Source: Patescibacteria group bacterium (lineage in GTDB: Bacteria; Patescibacteriota; Saccharimonadia; UBA4664). From it: 64,000 nt of DNA. Below the pieces are notes generated by a model. The model was not told the origin of the DNA. It saw nothing but the letters and a program-made list of their open reading frames with translations, and made no database searches. The stretch lies in assembly GCA_028288925.1 (NCBI GenBank), contig JAQGHG010000019.1, forward strand, positions 8,047 to 72,046, given 5' to 3'. Position numbers and translations under genes: made by a program. Positions 50,852-60,579 of this stretch are shown here, piece after piece. Positions within the stretch are counted from its first letter, which is position 1. Each line of letters opens with the position of its first letter.

Positions 50852-51201
50852 TGCCAGGCCAGTCATAAGCCGGATTCTGTCGAGGATGATCATCTATCTT
50901 GGGCTGGTGTTGCCATCAACCTCATGCGGCACGTACGCCAAAGCACGCGAGCAACGCCCCTTGCGGGTAGCTTCGGCAGCCTTGCAGCGGACGGGGTTTA
51001 CCTCCCGCACCGGTCACCCGGATTGGCTGTGCGCTCTTACCGCACTCGTTTCACCCTTACCCACCTTGCGGCGGGCGGTATCGTTTCTGTGGCACTTTCC
51101 CTACGGTCGCCCGCGGTTGCCGTTAGCAACCGTCCCGCTCTATGCTGTCCGGACTTTCCTCACCAGCCTTGCGGCCGGCGCGATCATCTTCTGGTCTGAC
51201 A
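50852..51201 (-). ncRNA. rnpB: RNase P RNA (type A)
   Basis: GAGGAAAGTCCGG, AGTGCCACAGAAA, GGGTGAAAC, GGTAAACCCC, ACAGAATCCGGCTTA; P1 TGTCAGACCAG/CTGGCCTGGCA. Confidence 0.95.
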
Positions 51202-51223
51202 CACTTACTATACCATAATAGTC

Positions 51224-54200
51224 TCAATTAACAACGACCCCGCGCACATATTCCGACCAATATTTTGGCTTCATGTGCTTGAGTTCTGGATTCGATAAGC
51301 AGCGCAACAGCAGCCTGCCGGTTTCAGCATTCGTTAGAAGCGGAACGTGATTATCGATCGCCAGACGGCGAATGGTATACGCGTCATCATTGCCTTCGGC
51401 CAATGACGGCACATTTATCATCAAACCGAATACTCTGTCCTTAATCGCCTCCGAAACACTTGGTTCCTTCTGATCCCGCACCTTATGAAGCTTTATCGAG
51501 GCGACACCGTGCCGCTCAAAGTAATCGTGCGTGCCCTCGGTCGTATAAATCTTCCAGCCGTCGGCCTGCAGAAGCCCCACTTCCTCGATGAATTTATGCT
51601 TCTGCTCATCGGGCAGGCTAATGAACACATTCTTCCCGACAACTTGCTGCTCGGTAGCCAGCCACGAAGTATAAAACGCCTCCTCGAGATTGGCGCCGAA
51701 GCAGGCTACCTCGCCGGTAGACGCCATCTCCACCCCTGCCACAGGATCGGCCCCCTTGAGGCGATTGTACGAAAATTGCGGGCTCTTCACCGCCACATGG
51801 TCGAGTTCCAGCGTTTGATACACCGTATCGTTCTTAATCCCGAGCATCGCGTCGGTAGCTATGCTTATGAAATTATGCCCCGACACCTTCGAGACAAACG
51901 GAAACGACCGCGACGCCCGAACATTACACTCAATGACCTTCAGCTCATTATCTTTAGCGATAAACTGAATATTAAACGGACCGGTGATGTTCAGATTCTC
52001 CACCACTTGCCTGGCGATAAACTTAGCCCGGCGCACCGTCTCCAAATACAGCCGCTGCGCCGGATACACCACCGTAGCGTCGCCCGAGTGAACACCAGCG
52101 TTTTCAATATGCTCAGCTATAGCGTAGATCAATAATTTGCCGTTTTGGGCCACGCCGTCTATCTCCAGCTCCTTGGCGTTCAGGATAAACCGCGAGATCA
52201 CCACGGGATGGTCGGGCGATAGCCGCGTAGCCTCTAGCAGGTAGCGCTTGAGCTCCTCCTCCGTCCGCACCACGTTCATCGCCCCACCCGAGAGCACATA
52301 CGACGGGCGGATCAGCAGCGGGTAACCAACCTTTCGCGCGAACTGTTTCGCGGCCTTCAGATCAGTCACCTCCTGCCATTCGGGCTGGTCGACGCCCAGC
52401 CGATTGAGCATCGAAGAAAATTTCTGCCGGTCCTCCGCGTTATCGATCTGCCGCGCCGGCGTACCCAGGATAGGATATTTGGCCCGCGCCAACGGCAGGG
52501 CCAGATTATTAGCTATCTGGCCACCCACCGACACCACGATACCCATGCCCTGCTCAAAGTCGGCTATGTCTTGCACCCGCTCCAGGGTAAGCTCCTCGAA
52601 GTAGAGCCGGTCCGAGCGGTCAAAGTCGGTGGAAACCGTCTCGGGGTTAGAGTTAATAATTACCGTCTTGTGGCCGCGCTTGGCCAAAGTCTTCGCCGTG
52701 TTCACCGCGCACCAGTCAAACTCGACCGACGATCCGATGCAGTAGGGCCCCGAGCCCAATATCGTCACCGCCTTCTTGCCTAGCGGCTTCACATCGTACG
52801 TCTCGCCATGATACGTAGTGTAAAGATAGTTGGTCTCGGCATCAAACTCGCCCGCCAGGGTGTCGATCTGCTTAATTACCGGAAGCACTCCCAGCTTAAG
52901 CCGGTTCTTTCTGATCTGGGTCTCGCTTGAACCCTTGATCTGTCCTATCGTCTTGTCCGAAAAACCCTGCTGTTTAGCCAAGCGCAGCAGCCCGGCTCGC
53001 AGCGGCTCACTCCCCAAGCGGCCCTCCATCACGTGAATCGCCGCTATGTGATGCAGAAACCATGTATCTATCTGAGAAAGCTCATGGATATCAACCACGG
53101 TTTTGCCCAGCTTCAACGCTTCATAAATCGCGAACAGCCGCCGGTCCGTCGCGCGGCTTATCTCGTCCAGCGGATCAGCAAACTCGTACGGATGAATGCT
53201 CAGCCCCTGTGCGCCAATATTGAGCATCCGAACGGCTTTTTGCAGCGCCTCCGGAAACGACCGGCCGATCGCCATCACCTCGCCCACACTCTTCATCTCG
53301 GAGCCGATGCGGTGGTCGCTGGCCTTGAGCTTGGCCAGGTCCCAGCGCGGCATCTTGACCGCGATGTAATCCAGCGCCGGCTCATAAAACGCCGATGTCG
53401 TCCCCGTCACAGAGTTCTTGAGCTCATGCAGCCGCTTGCCCAACATCAGCTTGGACGCCACGAAGGCCAGCGGATAGCCCGTAGCCTTCGAAGCCAGCGC
53501 GCTCGACCGGGACAGCCGCGCGTTCACTTCGATCACCCGGTAATCACCATCGGCCGGATTAAGCGCGTACTGGATATTACACTCGCCCACGATGCCCAAG
53601 TGATTAATCGTTGTAATGGCGACCTGCCGCAAATGATGATATTTCTCGTTAGTAAGCGTTTGCGACGGCGCCACCACGATGCTCTCCCCCGTGTGAATAC
53701 CCATCGGGTCGAAATTTTCCATGTTGCAGACGGCGATCGTGTTGCCGCCCTCGTCCCGCACGATTTCGTACTCCACTTCCTTCCACCCCGCCAAATACTC
53801 CTCGATGAGCACCTGCGGCACCGCCTTCATTACCTCGCCCACGCGCTGGCGCAATTCGGCCTCATTATCGATCCGGCCGGAGCCCAATCCCCCCAGGCTA
53901 AATCCCGAACGCAGCATCACCGGGTAGCCAATCGTATCCGCCGCCGCCAAGGCCTCGTTCAGATCATATGCCACCGCTCCGCGAGCGGTCTTCGTCCCGA
54001 TCTCAGCTAGAGCCTTCTTGAACAAGTCGCGGTCCTCGGTAATCTTAATCACCGGCACCGGTGTGCCCAAGACGTCTATCGCGAGCCTCTTAAACACCCC
54101 CAAATCGTAAAGTTCCAACCCTAGATTGAGCGCCGTCTGCCCACCGAAGCTCAACATTACCGCGTCTGGCCTCTCGCGCTCCAGAATCTTCGTCACTGTC

Positions 54201-54415
54201 GGCACATTCAGCGGCTGAAAATACACCCGGTCGGCCATGTCGTCATCCGTCTGTACGGTGGCAATATTCGGGTTGATGAGTACCGTGTAGATCCCCTCTT
54301 CCTTAAGCGCCTTAATGGCCTGCGAGCCCGAATAATCAAACTCCCCCGCCTGGCCGATGCGCAACCCGCCCGAGCCAAAAATAATTACTTTCTTCGGATG
54401 CTTCTTGATGCTCAT
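51224..54415 (-). CDS. carB: Carbamoyl-phosphate synthase large subunit
   Basis: IGQAGEFDYSG, MENFDPMGIHTGES, NARLSRSSALASKATGYP, NPETVSTD, C-terminal MGS domain. Confidence 0.97.
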   Translation of the reverse strand: MSIKKHPKKVIIFGSGGLRIGQAGEFDYSGSQAIKALKEEGIYTVLINPNIATVQTDDDMADRVYFQPLNVPTVTKILERERPDAVMLSFGGQTALNLGLELYDLGVFKRLAIDVLGTPVPVIKITEDRDLFKKALAEIGTKTARGAVAYDLNEALAAADTIGYPVMLRSGFSLGGLGSGRIDNEAELRQRVGEVMKAVPQVLIEEYLAGWKEVEYEIVRDEGGNTIAVCNMENFDPMGIHTGESIVVAPSQTLTNEKYHHLRQVAITTINHLGIVGECNIQYALNPADGDYRVIEVNARLSRSSALASKATGYPLAFVASKLMLGKRLHELKNSVTGTTSAFYEPALDYIAVKMPRWDLAKLKASDHRIGSEMKSVGEVMAIGRSFPEALQKAVRMLNIGAQGLSIHPYEFADPLDEISRATDRRLFAIYEALKLGKTVVDIHELSQIDTWFLHHIAAIHVMEGRLGSEPLRAGLLRLAKQQGFSDKTIGQIKGSSETQIRKNRLKLGVLPVIKQIDTLAGEFDAETNYLYTTYHGETYDVKPLGKKAVTILGSGPYCIGSSVEFDWCAVNTAKTLAKRGHKTVIINSNPETVSTDFDRSDRLYFEELTLERVQDIADFEQGMGIVVSVGGQIANNLALPLARAKYPILGTPARQIDNAEDRQKFSSMLNRLGVDQPEWQEVTDLKAAKQFARKVGYPLLIRPSYVLSGGAMNVVRTEEELKRYLLEATRLSPDHPVVISRFILNAKELEIDGVAQNGKLLIYAIAEHIENAGVHSGDATVVYPAQRLYLETVRRAKFIARQVVENLNITGPFNIQFIAKDNELKVIECNVRASRSFPFVSKVSGHNFISIATDAMLGIKNDTVYQTLELDHVAVKSPQFSYNRLKGADPVAGVEMASTGEVACFGANLEEAFYTSWLATEQQVVGKNVFISLPDEQKHKFIEEVGLLQADGWKIYTTEGTHDYFERHGVASIKLHKVRDQKEPSVSEAIKDRVFGLMINVPSLAEGNDDAYTIRRLAIDNHVPLLTNAETGRLLLRCLSNPELKHMKPKYWSEYVRGVVVN

Positions 54416-55515
54416 AACGACGTGTAAAACCTTTCAAATAACCACTCCGTGTCAGTCGGTCCGGGACATGCTTCGGGATGAAACTGCACCGAGAAAAACG
54501 GCTTAGTCCGATGCGCGATACCTTCCACCGACTGGTCGTTCAGATTTCGAAACGACACGAACCACCCTTTCGGAAGAGACGCTTCGTCGATCGCGTAGCC
54601 GTGGTTTTGGCTCGTTATAAATCCGCGGGTCGTATCGGTCTCCAAGCACGGCTGGTTATGCCCACGGTGCCCATACTTCAACTTGTAGGTTTTGGCGCCG
54701 GCCGCCAGCCCCATGATCTGGCTACCCAGACAGATCCCAAATGTCGGCTTCCCCAGCTTGAGCGCCTTTCGCGCGTTATCAATCGTAGCCGGATAATCGG
54801 TAGGATCCCCCGGACCATTAGACAGCAACACGCCATCATAGGCCTCATTCGTGTAGTCATAATCGCACGGTACGCGCTTCACCTGCACCGGCAACTCAAG
54901 CAACGACCGCAGGATGTTCTTTTTTGACCCGCAATCTACCAAAACCACCTTCTTAGAAAATTGTTCATTATAAAGAACCGGGCTTTCTATAAATACGCGC
55001 TTCTGCTCCGCCAAAACGCCCTTCGGCCTTATAGCATTAATACCTATCGAACCCGCCATAGTACCCTTCACTCTCAGGTGCTTCGTAAGCGCCCGGGTAT
55101 CCACGCCCATCAAGATCGGGATATTCTGCGAGCGCAGCCACTCCAGCAATGACCGGTCCGCGACCGAGTGGCTCCACCGCGAGGCCGCTTCGCTCACGAT
55201 CACGCCGCTTACCTGGATCTTGTCCGACTCAGCCCACTGCGTTCCCACCCCGTAATTGCCAATCAGCGGATACGTAAACATGAGGATCTGGCCGGCATAA
55301 GATGGATCCGTCAGAGACTCCACGTAGCCGGTCATACCCGTATTGAACACCACTTCTCCGGTATGGACGCCTGCTTGCCCCGCCGGTACAACCCCGTTAA
55401 AAATCATACCGTCGGCCAAGACTACACGAGCTGCCTGGGATTTAAAAAAATCGCCCCTTTCGGAGCGATTCCTATGCGTTGCGGTATTCTTGATGATCGG
55501 TAATTTTTTATTCAC
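54412..55515 (-). CDS. carA: Carbamoyl-phosphate synthase small subunit
   Basis: GEVVFNTGMTGY, LSNGPGDP, FGICLG, GHRGHNQP, VQFHPEA. Confidence 0.96.
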   Translation of the reverse strand: MNKKLPIIKNTATHRNRSERGDFFKSQAARVVLADGMIFNGVVPAGQAGVHTGEVVFNTGMTGYVESLTDPSYAGQILMFTYPLIGNYGVGTQWAESDKIQVSGVIVSEAASRWSHSVADRSLLEWLRSQNIPILMGVDTRALTKHLRVKGTMAGSIGINAIRPKGVLAEQKRVFIESPVLYNEQFSKKVVLVDCGSKKNILRSLLELPVQVKRVPCDYDYTNEAYDGVLLSNGPGDPTDYPATIDNARKALKLGKPTFGICLGSQIMGLAAGAKTYKLKYGHRGHNQPCLETDTTRGFITSQNHGYAIDEASLPKGWFVSFRNLNDQSVEGIAHRTKPFFSVQFHPEACPGPTDTEWLFERFYTSL

Positions 55516-55620
55516 ACTTCCATGAAATTAACAGACCAATCAGTTAAGCGCAAGTATTTTGGCGCGGTATTTCGTCATTCATTGTAAAAATTACAATAAT
55601 GCTCATGCTTAAGCCGCTTG

Positions 55621-56244
55621 CTATGCCGCCGATACATCCGCCGATACATCCACAAACTGGTCCCATTCACGCGCCTTCGCCCGGCGGTACTGGGCATACT
55701 GATCGAGCGGTACATGGTGCGCATGGGTCGGGTCCTCCAGCCGGTCGATGAACAAATGCCCGTTCAAATGATCAATCTCATGCTGCGCCAGAGCCGCCGG
55801 CCAGCCGGTAAGCTTGAGCTCCAGCTCATTGCCCGAACGGTCCATCGCCCGCACCCGCACCGTCCGTGGCCGGCGCGTCACACCCCACACCGTTTCGAAA
55901 TTCACGCAACCCTCAGGCTTCTCGGTCCGCGCCTTCGACGTCCATACCACCCGCGGATTCACCAGTACATGGATATCGGTATAACCCTTGCGGCCAATAG
56001 AGAGATCCAATACGCAAATCTGCTTCATAATGCCCACCTGATTGGCCGAGAGCCCCACCGTGTTCGGCTGGCTGCGGTCGCGCCGCCCACCCGTCCCCGC
56101 CGTCTTCACGCTCGCGCCGTACACAAAGTCCAGCAGTGCCTCGATCTCCAATTGCTGCTGTCGGTCCCGCAACGCCGTCCGGGGCACCACGGCACACACC
56201 TGCCGCAATCGGGGGTCGTGTTGATCAAGTGGCGTCAGTGTCAT
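55621..56244 (-). CDS. def: Peptide deformylase
   Basis: VGLSANQVG, EGC, QHEIDHLNG. Confidence 0.9.
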   Translation of the reverse strand: MTLTPLDQHDPRLRQVCAVVPRTALRDRQQQLEIEALLDFVYGASVKTAGTGGRRDRSQPNTVGLSANQVGIMKQICVLDLSIGRKGYTDIHVLVNPRVVWTSKARTEKPEGCVNFETVWGVTRRPRTVRVRAMDRSGNELELKLTGWPAALAQHEIDHLNGHLFIDRLEDPTHAHHVPLDQYAQYRRAKAREWDQFVDVSADVSAA

Positions 56245-56343
56245 AAGACCCACGATAGCGTCCCAAAATGCTTGCTGACAAGCCTGATAAATCCGGTAGG
56301 GTGGCCGCGATCCGATGCACCAAACACCGGATCGGCCACCGCC

Positions 56344-57360
56344 CTACTTGGGCAACAAGCCCCCATAGAGCAGGAGGTAGTCGGGGTAGAGGTCCGCGGC
56401 GTGGCCGTTGGTATCCTTTCCCTTCGGGTCCACGATGTCGTGCCCCAGTCCCCATGCAGGAGGCGGAACAAAAATCAGCGAGTGCGGCGACACCAAGGTA
56501 GCGACCGATCGCGCCAAGTCCTGATCGATGACCTGATCGCCCGCCGAGAGCACCATGCCCGCCGACAGCAAAGGTGGCTGCGGATGATGGCCCCCAAAGT
56601 TCTGGGCGATCCTCACGTACTGCGCCAAGGCGTGGTACGAGAGCTGATCCGGGTTGAACTTGTCCGGCGCGATGCCATAGCCATACAGCACCAGAAAGAA
56701 CGGCACCACCATCTTGGACGTCTGACTCGCCGAGGGCTCGTAAAACGGCGAGAGAATCAGCGCGCGCCGCACCACATCGGCACGGTACAGTGCACTCCAC
56801 GTCGCCAGCACGCCACCGCCGGACAAGCCGGCCACGCCTACTTCCTTGCCCAGACCGCTACCCAGCGTCACCGCTTGGTCGGCATAGGCCACCAGACCCT
56901 GAGCCGTCACATGCGCATGAGCCAGACGGTCCGTCAGACCATGGTATGGGGCTTTCGGCACGTAGACGTTGAAGCCCCGGTCGTAGAAGGATTTGGCCAG
57001 CGCAGAAAACTCCTCCGGGCAGTTGGAATACCCGTGGAACATAACTACGGCCTGGTTGGCTGGGACGCGAGTACCATGCAGCCAGAGCTGGCTCCGGCAT
57101 TCCGGCCGCACCGCCGGATCTCGCTTCTCGCGCTGCTGGATACTGCGAATATCGCTCACAGATTGCGCAAAGCCACTACGCTTTCCGCTGCCATGCTGCA
57201 AGCTCGCATCGTGGGTCGCCTTGAAATGCAAATACAAGGCCCCATACACCACAGCGTGCAGCGTAAACGCGAGCATCACTGCAAGTATCACCGCGAACAC
57301 GCGCAGCTTACGCTTCAACCACCTAGGCAAGGTCCACCGCCTTCCTTTAATGAGGGACAC
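56344..57360 (-). CDS. Membrane-anchored alpha/beta hydrolase (esterase/lipase)
   Basis: TM, FHGYSNCP, GLSGGG nucleophile elbow, D and H triad candidates. Confidence 0.85.
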   Translation of the reverse strand: MSLIKGRRWTLPRWLKRKLRVFAVILAVMLAFTLHAVVYGALYLHFKATHDASLQHGSGKRSGFAQSVSDIRSIQQREKRDPAVRPECRSQLWLHGTRVPANQAVVMFHGYSNCPEEFSALAKSFYDRGFNVYVPKAPYHGLTDRLAHAHVTAQGLVAYADQAVTLGSGLGKEVGVAGLSGGGVLATWSALYRADVVRRALILSPFYEPSASQTSKMVVPFFLVLYGYGIAPDKFNPDQLSYHALAQYVRIAQNFGGHHPQPPLLSAGMVLSAGDQVIDQDLARSVATLVSPHSLIFVPPPAWGLGHDIVDPKGKDTNGHAADLYPDYLLLYGGLLPK

Positions 57361-57419
57361 TCTTTATTAACGCATCCATCACTTTCGCAAACAAGCACAA
57401 ATTGACCATCGAACGCAGG

Positions 57420-57866
57420 TTAGAGCTGTGCCAACATATCAAACAGCCGCTTCGTAGCTGGTCGCCACAGTTCAATCAAATCCGGATCCTCCGCGCTTTT
57501 GATCTCGGCCCAACCTTGCCCCTCATAAACCTCCATACCCTCAAGCTCCTCGTCCGAAACCTTGGCGTAATAGAAGTGCCGCACTTCCCACTCATCGGTC
57601 AGCTTACGCCATGCCACATCATCAAACAGATGAATAACGGCTGATGGTTCTAATTTGAGGTTAGTTTCCTCTTGCACAAGTTCCCGCCAGGCCGCTGCCT
57701 GAGCATCTTCCCCAGGCTCAACGGTCCCGCCAAACGTGCCTATCTTATTTGGGTTGTCGATCGTCGGCTTATTATCGCGTCGCTGACCAACAACTTTATT
57801 TGAGTCAGTTATTAAAAAGACTCCCGCGTAATGATGATCAATTGTCTCGATCGGTGGTTGATTCAT
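57420..57866 (-). CDS. NUDIX hydrolase
   Basis: QRRDNKP, FGGTVEPGE...AWRELVQEET, YEGQG. Confidence 0.85.
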   Translation of the reverse strand: MNQPPIETIDHHYAGVFLITDSNKVVGQRRDNKPTIDNPNKIGTFGGTVEPGEDAQAAAWRELVQEETNLKLEPSAVIHLFDDVAWRKLTDEWEVRHFYYAKVSDEELEGMEVYEGQGWAEIKSAEDPDLIELWRPATKRLFDMLAQL

Positions 57867-57880
57867 GGGATGAGTATAGC

Positions 57881-57909
57881 AAAAAGAGACCTGCGTGGGT
57901 CTCTTTTTT
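57881..57909. terminator. Bidirectional terminator downstream of tRNA-Pro(GGG)
   Basis: AAAAAGAGACC/GGTCTCTTTTT. Confidence 0.75.
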
Positions 57910-57921
57910 AAGAATAATTCC

Positions 57922-57997
57922 TGGTCGGGGTGACAGGGCTCGAACCTGCGACCTCACGGCCCCCAGCCGTACGCGCTACCAACTGCGCCACACCCCG
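57922..57997 (-). tRNA. tRNA-Pro(GGG)
   Basis: 76-nt cloverleaf; anticodon arm TACGG-CTGGGGG-CCGTG; encoded CCA. Confidence 0.97.
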
Positions 57998-58118
57998 ACG
58001 TGTTAACTCGAATAGTATGCCTTAATTCCGCCCTTTAGACAACCCTTACGTAAAGGCGCCCCCTCGTCCAGCATAGGACAAGGGAGCGCCTGCGGGTATG
58101 AAACGGAGAGCGCCACCC

Positions 58119-58886
58119 CTACACGAGGTAGACGGTGTCGCCGACAGCGACGCAGCCGGGATCGACCACGGCCAGATAGACGCCCAGGTAAGCTTCGTCG
58201 CCATCACACGCCTGCTGCATGTCTCGGAGCAGTCGCCCGTCGAACGCCACGCCGGGCTGGGCCATGCGCGTCATGGGGCAACGGACAGTTCGCTTGCGAC
58301 CAACGAAGGTAACCGTACCGATCCGAACGGTCCGCCCCACCATCATCTGCTCCGGAGAGTCCCCGAGCTTATCGCTCGCCTCCACGAAGAGGTTGGGGCG
58401 GAAGCGTTCAACCTCCAGAACCTCCCGCCTGCAGTCCCGGGCCATCGTGGCCAACGAGACGTCGGTCAGCAGAGACACGGGGCTGGAATCCACGCCGGCG
58501 CCCGGCCGGAGACTGAACCTGAAGTTCGTCGGCCGCTCCTGCAATCCGGCGCCCAGAGCGACGAGCTGAACTTCAGTACCCAGCCAGGCCGACACCAGCT
58601 CATCAGCGTCGGGACCCGGCGCCTCCAGAGCCGACTGGGCCAAATCATCCCGCGGCTGGATGATGATCCGGCCGGAAGGATCGATACAGGCGCCCAGCTC
58701 AAGCAGAGCTGCGCCGGCCGGAGCTTTCGCCGTCACGATCTGCTCGGTAGCGGGATTGTACACCGCCAAGTGGCGGTCGCCCACCACGCCCCGGCTGGTA
58801 ACCGACAATTCGGGCAAACCCCACTCGCCGGCCATCGATTTGACCGGAAACCGCGCGGCCCTACTAAGAACACCAAACTCCTGCAT
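58119..58886 (-). CDS. MOSC-domain protein
   Basis: FPVKSMAGE, GDR, RFRPNL, RCPMT, GVYLAV..PG.VAVGD. Confidence 0.88.
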   Translation of the reverse strand: MQEFGVLSRAARFPVKSMAGEWGLPELSVTSRGVVGDRHLAVYNPATEQIVTAKAPAGAALLELGACIDPSGRIIIQPRDDLAQSALEAPGPDADELVSAWLGTEVQLVALGAGLQERPTNFRFSLRPGAGVDSSPVSLLTDVSLATMARDCRREVLEVERFRPNLFVEASDKLGDSPEQMMVGRTVRIGTVTFVGRKRTVRCPMTRMAQPGVAFDGRLLRDMQQACDGDEAYLGVYLAVVDPGCVAVGDTVYLV

Positions 58887-58979
58887 GGCACACTCCAATG
58901 CGTACTCGGGAAAAAGCCGTGGATGATAACGATTGAACCATATCGCCCCCTCCGGAACAAGCCTGCACCATTCTTAGCA

Positions 58980-59008
58980 TTGACAAAAGAAGAATTATCG
59001 CATACAAT
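58980..59008 (+). promoter_or_regulatory. Near-consensus sigma70 promoter
   Basis: TTGACA-17-TACAAT. Confidence 0.75.
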
Positions 59009-59061
59009 AATACAGCCTCAAACGGGCACATCCACCCACAAACCGGCCCAACGCCGGCAGA

Positions 59062-59433
59062 ATGGAGCACCAAGTGCGCATCAGGAAACTCCTCCCCGCC
59101 TTCGTCACCCGCCACTTCCCCACCCGGGAGGAGGTCGCCGAGGCGGTAGCCTTCTGCCTCAGGATGGGCGGCTACAGGCTCCTGGACTACGACCGGAGCG
59201 GCGTCCTGGTGGTAGCGGTGCCGGCGAACCCGCTCAACGGCCAGGTGGTCATCACCCAGAGCGGCCTTCGCATCACCGTGACCACCAACACCGACCACGG
59301 CTTCAACGGCCCCGGCCGGCTGAAGGCCATCCAGGGCCACTTCAAGGAGTACTTCCTGTGGGCTCCCTTGGTCAAGGTCATCGATGACCCGCAGGTCGTG
59401 ATGCTCCCCACCGAGCCCACCGAAGCCCCCTAG
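59062..59433 (+). CDS. Hypothetical protein
   Basis: GC3-rich 123-aa ORF between a strong promoter and a terminator. Confidence 0.65.
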   Translation: MEHQVRIRKLLPAFVTRHFPTREEVAEAVAFCLRMGGYRLLDYDRSGVLVVAVPANPLNGQVVITQSGLRITVTTNTDHGFNGPGRLKAIQGHFKEYFLWAPLVKVIDDPQVVMLPTEPTEAP

Positions 59434-59455
59434 GGCAGCTCCGCCCCACCAACCA

Positions 59456-59489
59456 GAGACCGCGAACCCTTCACCGGGTTCGCGGTCTC
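59456..59489. terminator. Hairpin between convergent genes
   Basis: GAGACCGCGAACCC/GGGTTCGCGGTCTC 14-bp stem. Confidence 0.75.
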
Positions 59490-59490
59490 A

Positions 59491-60404
59491 TTACGTTAAT
59501 TCCTCGATTCGCGGGGTGCTATGAGCATCCAGCGCGCTAATCACATAGGCGCAACCCAAGATAATCACCGCTCCCGCCAGCTCCAAAGGCGCCGGCACTT
59601 CGCCGTAAAACATCAGCCCCACCACCAGCGCAAACACTCCCTCAAGCAGCAAGATATTACCCGCCACGTAGGCCTTCAAGTGCGCGAATATATAATTAAT
59701 CGCTACCAAGCTCACCACATTAAGCACCACCGAAAGCGCCAGACCAATCCAAGCCACCGCGCTCACATGCGCCAGCGCCAGCGGCTCCCCCAGCGCCAAC
59801 GATATGATAAACAACGGAATCCACCCCAAGAGCAGTAAAATCGTCGTGTTTTGATAATTATTAAACACCGGCCGGTGATACCGCGACATCAGGTAGCCTA
59901 CGTCAAAGCCCAGCATGCAGATGATGGCCGCGACCTCGCCCACCCCCAGATGAAAATCCGTTAAACTAGCCCCGGTTATCAAAAATAGTCCCAACACCGA
60001 AAGTCCAATAAACGGCAGCGTCACCCAACGAACCTTCTCCCGGAACATCAGCCAGCCCAACATGCCCATGATCGGCAGCGACGACACAAACGACACCGTA
60101 CTGAGCTGGCGTGCATCACCGCGATCGTCACACCCGCCACCCCGATGGTGTAGGCTACAAACGCGCGGGCCGCATACAGCCACCAATCCCTGGGAGTAAT
60201 CCCCCGCAGCACCTCGCGGCTAAAATGCCGCCGGAACACCACCGCCGCCACCACTCCAGCCAGCAAAATCCGCAAATACACCTGCTGAAACGTCCCGAAG
60301 CTACCCGCCATCATGCGAATCCACACACCCATCGACACAAACAACACCGCCAAGGCAATAGCGGCGAGCATAGGTTTAAATTGAGGGTGTGACCGGTTGA
60401 ACAT
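59491..60404 (-). pseudogene. DMT/EamA transporter with a 1-nt frameshift near 60107
   Basis: N-half and C-half in different frames; adding one base restores a ~304-aa 10-TM protein. Confidence 0.8.
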
Positions 60405-60439
60405 AAAAAATAGCAAGACTCCGCGACCACCGTCTGGCT

Positions 60440-60523
60440 CACCAACTTTTCCCTGCGAATCGCAGGTGGGTGCCCTCAGTCACTAGGTCCACGGACCAGG
60501 ACAATCTTAGGCTCCCGTTGGTA
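60440..60523 (-). ncRNA. Candidate TPP-riboswitch-like leader RNA (truncated variant)
   Basis: Closing stem TACCAAC/GTTGGTG; ordered GGGAGCC, CTGAG, ACCC, ACCTG, AGGGAA. Confidence 0.5.
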
Positions 60524-60579
60524 ACAGTACAGAGAAAAATTATGTACGCCGACACGTATGGCGCAGAGTCGTATCTATA

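Noticed and set aside
55500-55516. ARG-box-like TGAATAAAAAATTA at the carA start
   Set aside because: Single box with two mismatches in AT-rich sequence and no partner box.
55618-57405. 595-aa plus-strand ORF and other long antisense ORFs (e.g. 58098-59387, 19712-20935, 3198-4349)
   Set aside because: Shadow frames of well-supported opposite-strand genes in GC-rich DNA, with no recognisable motifs.
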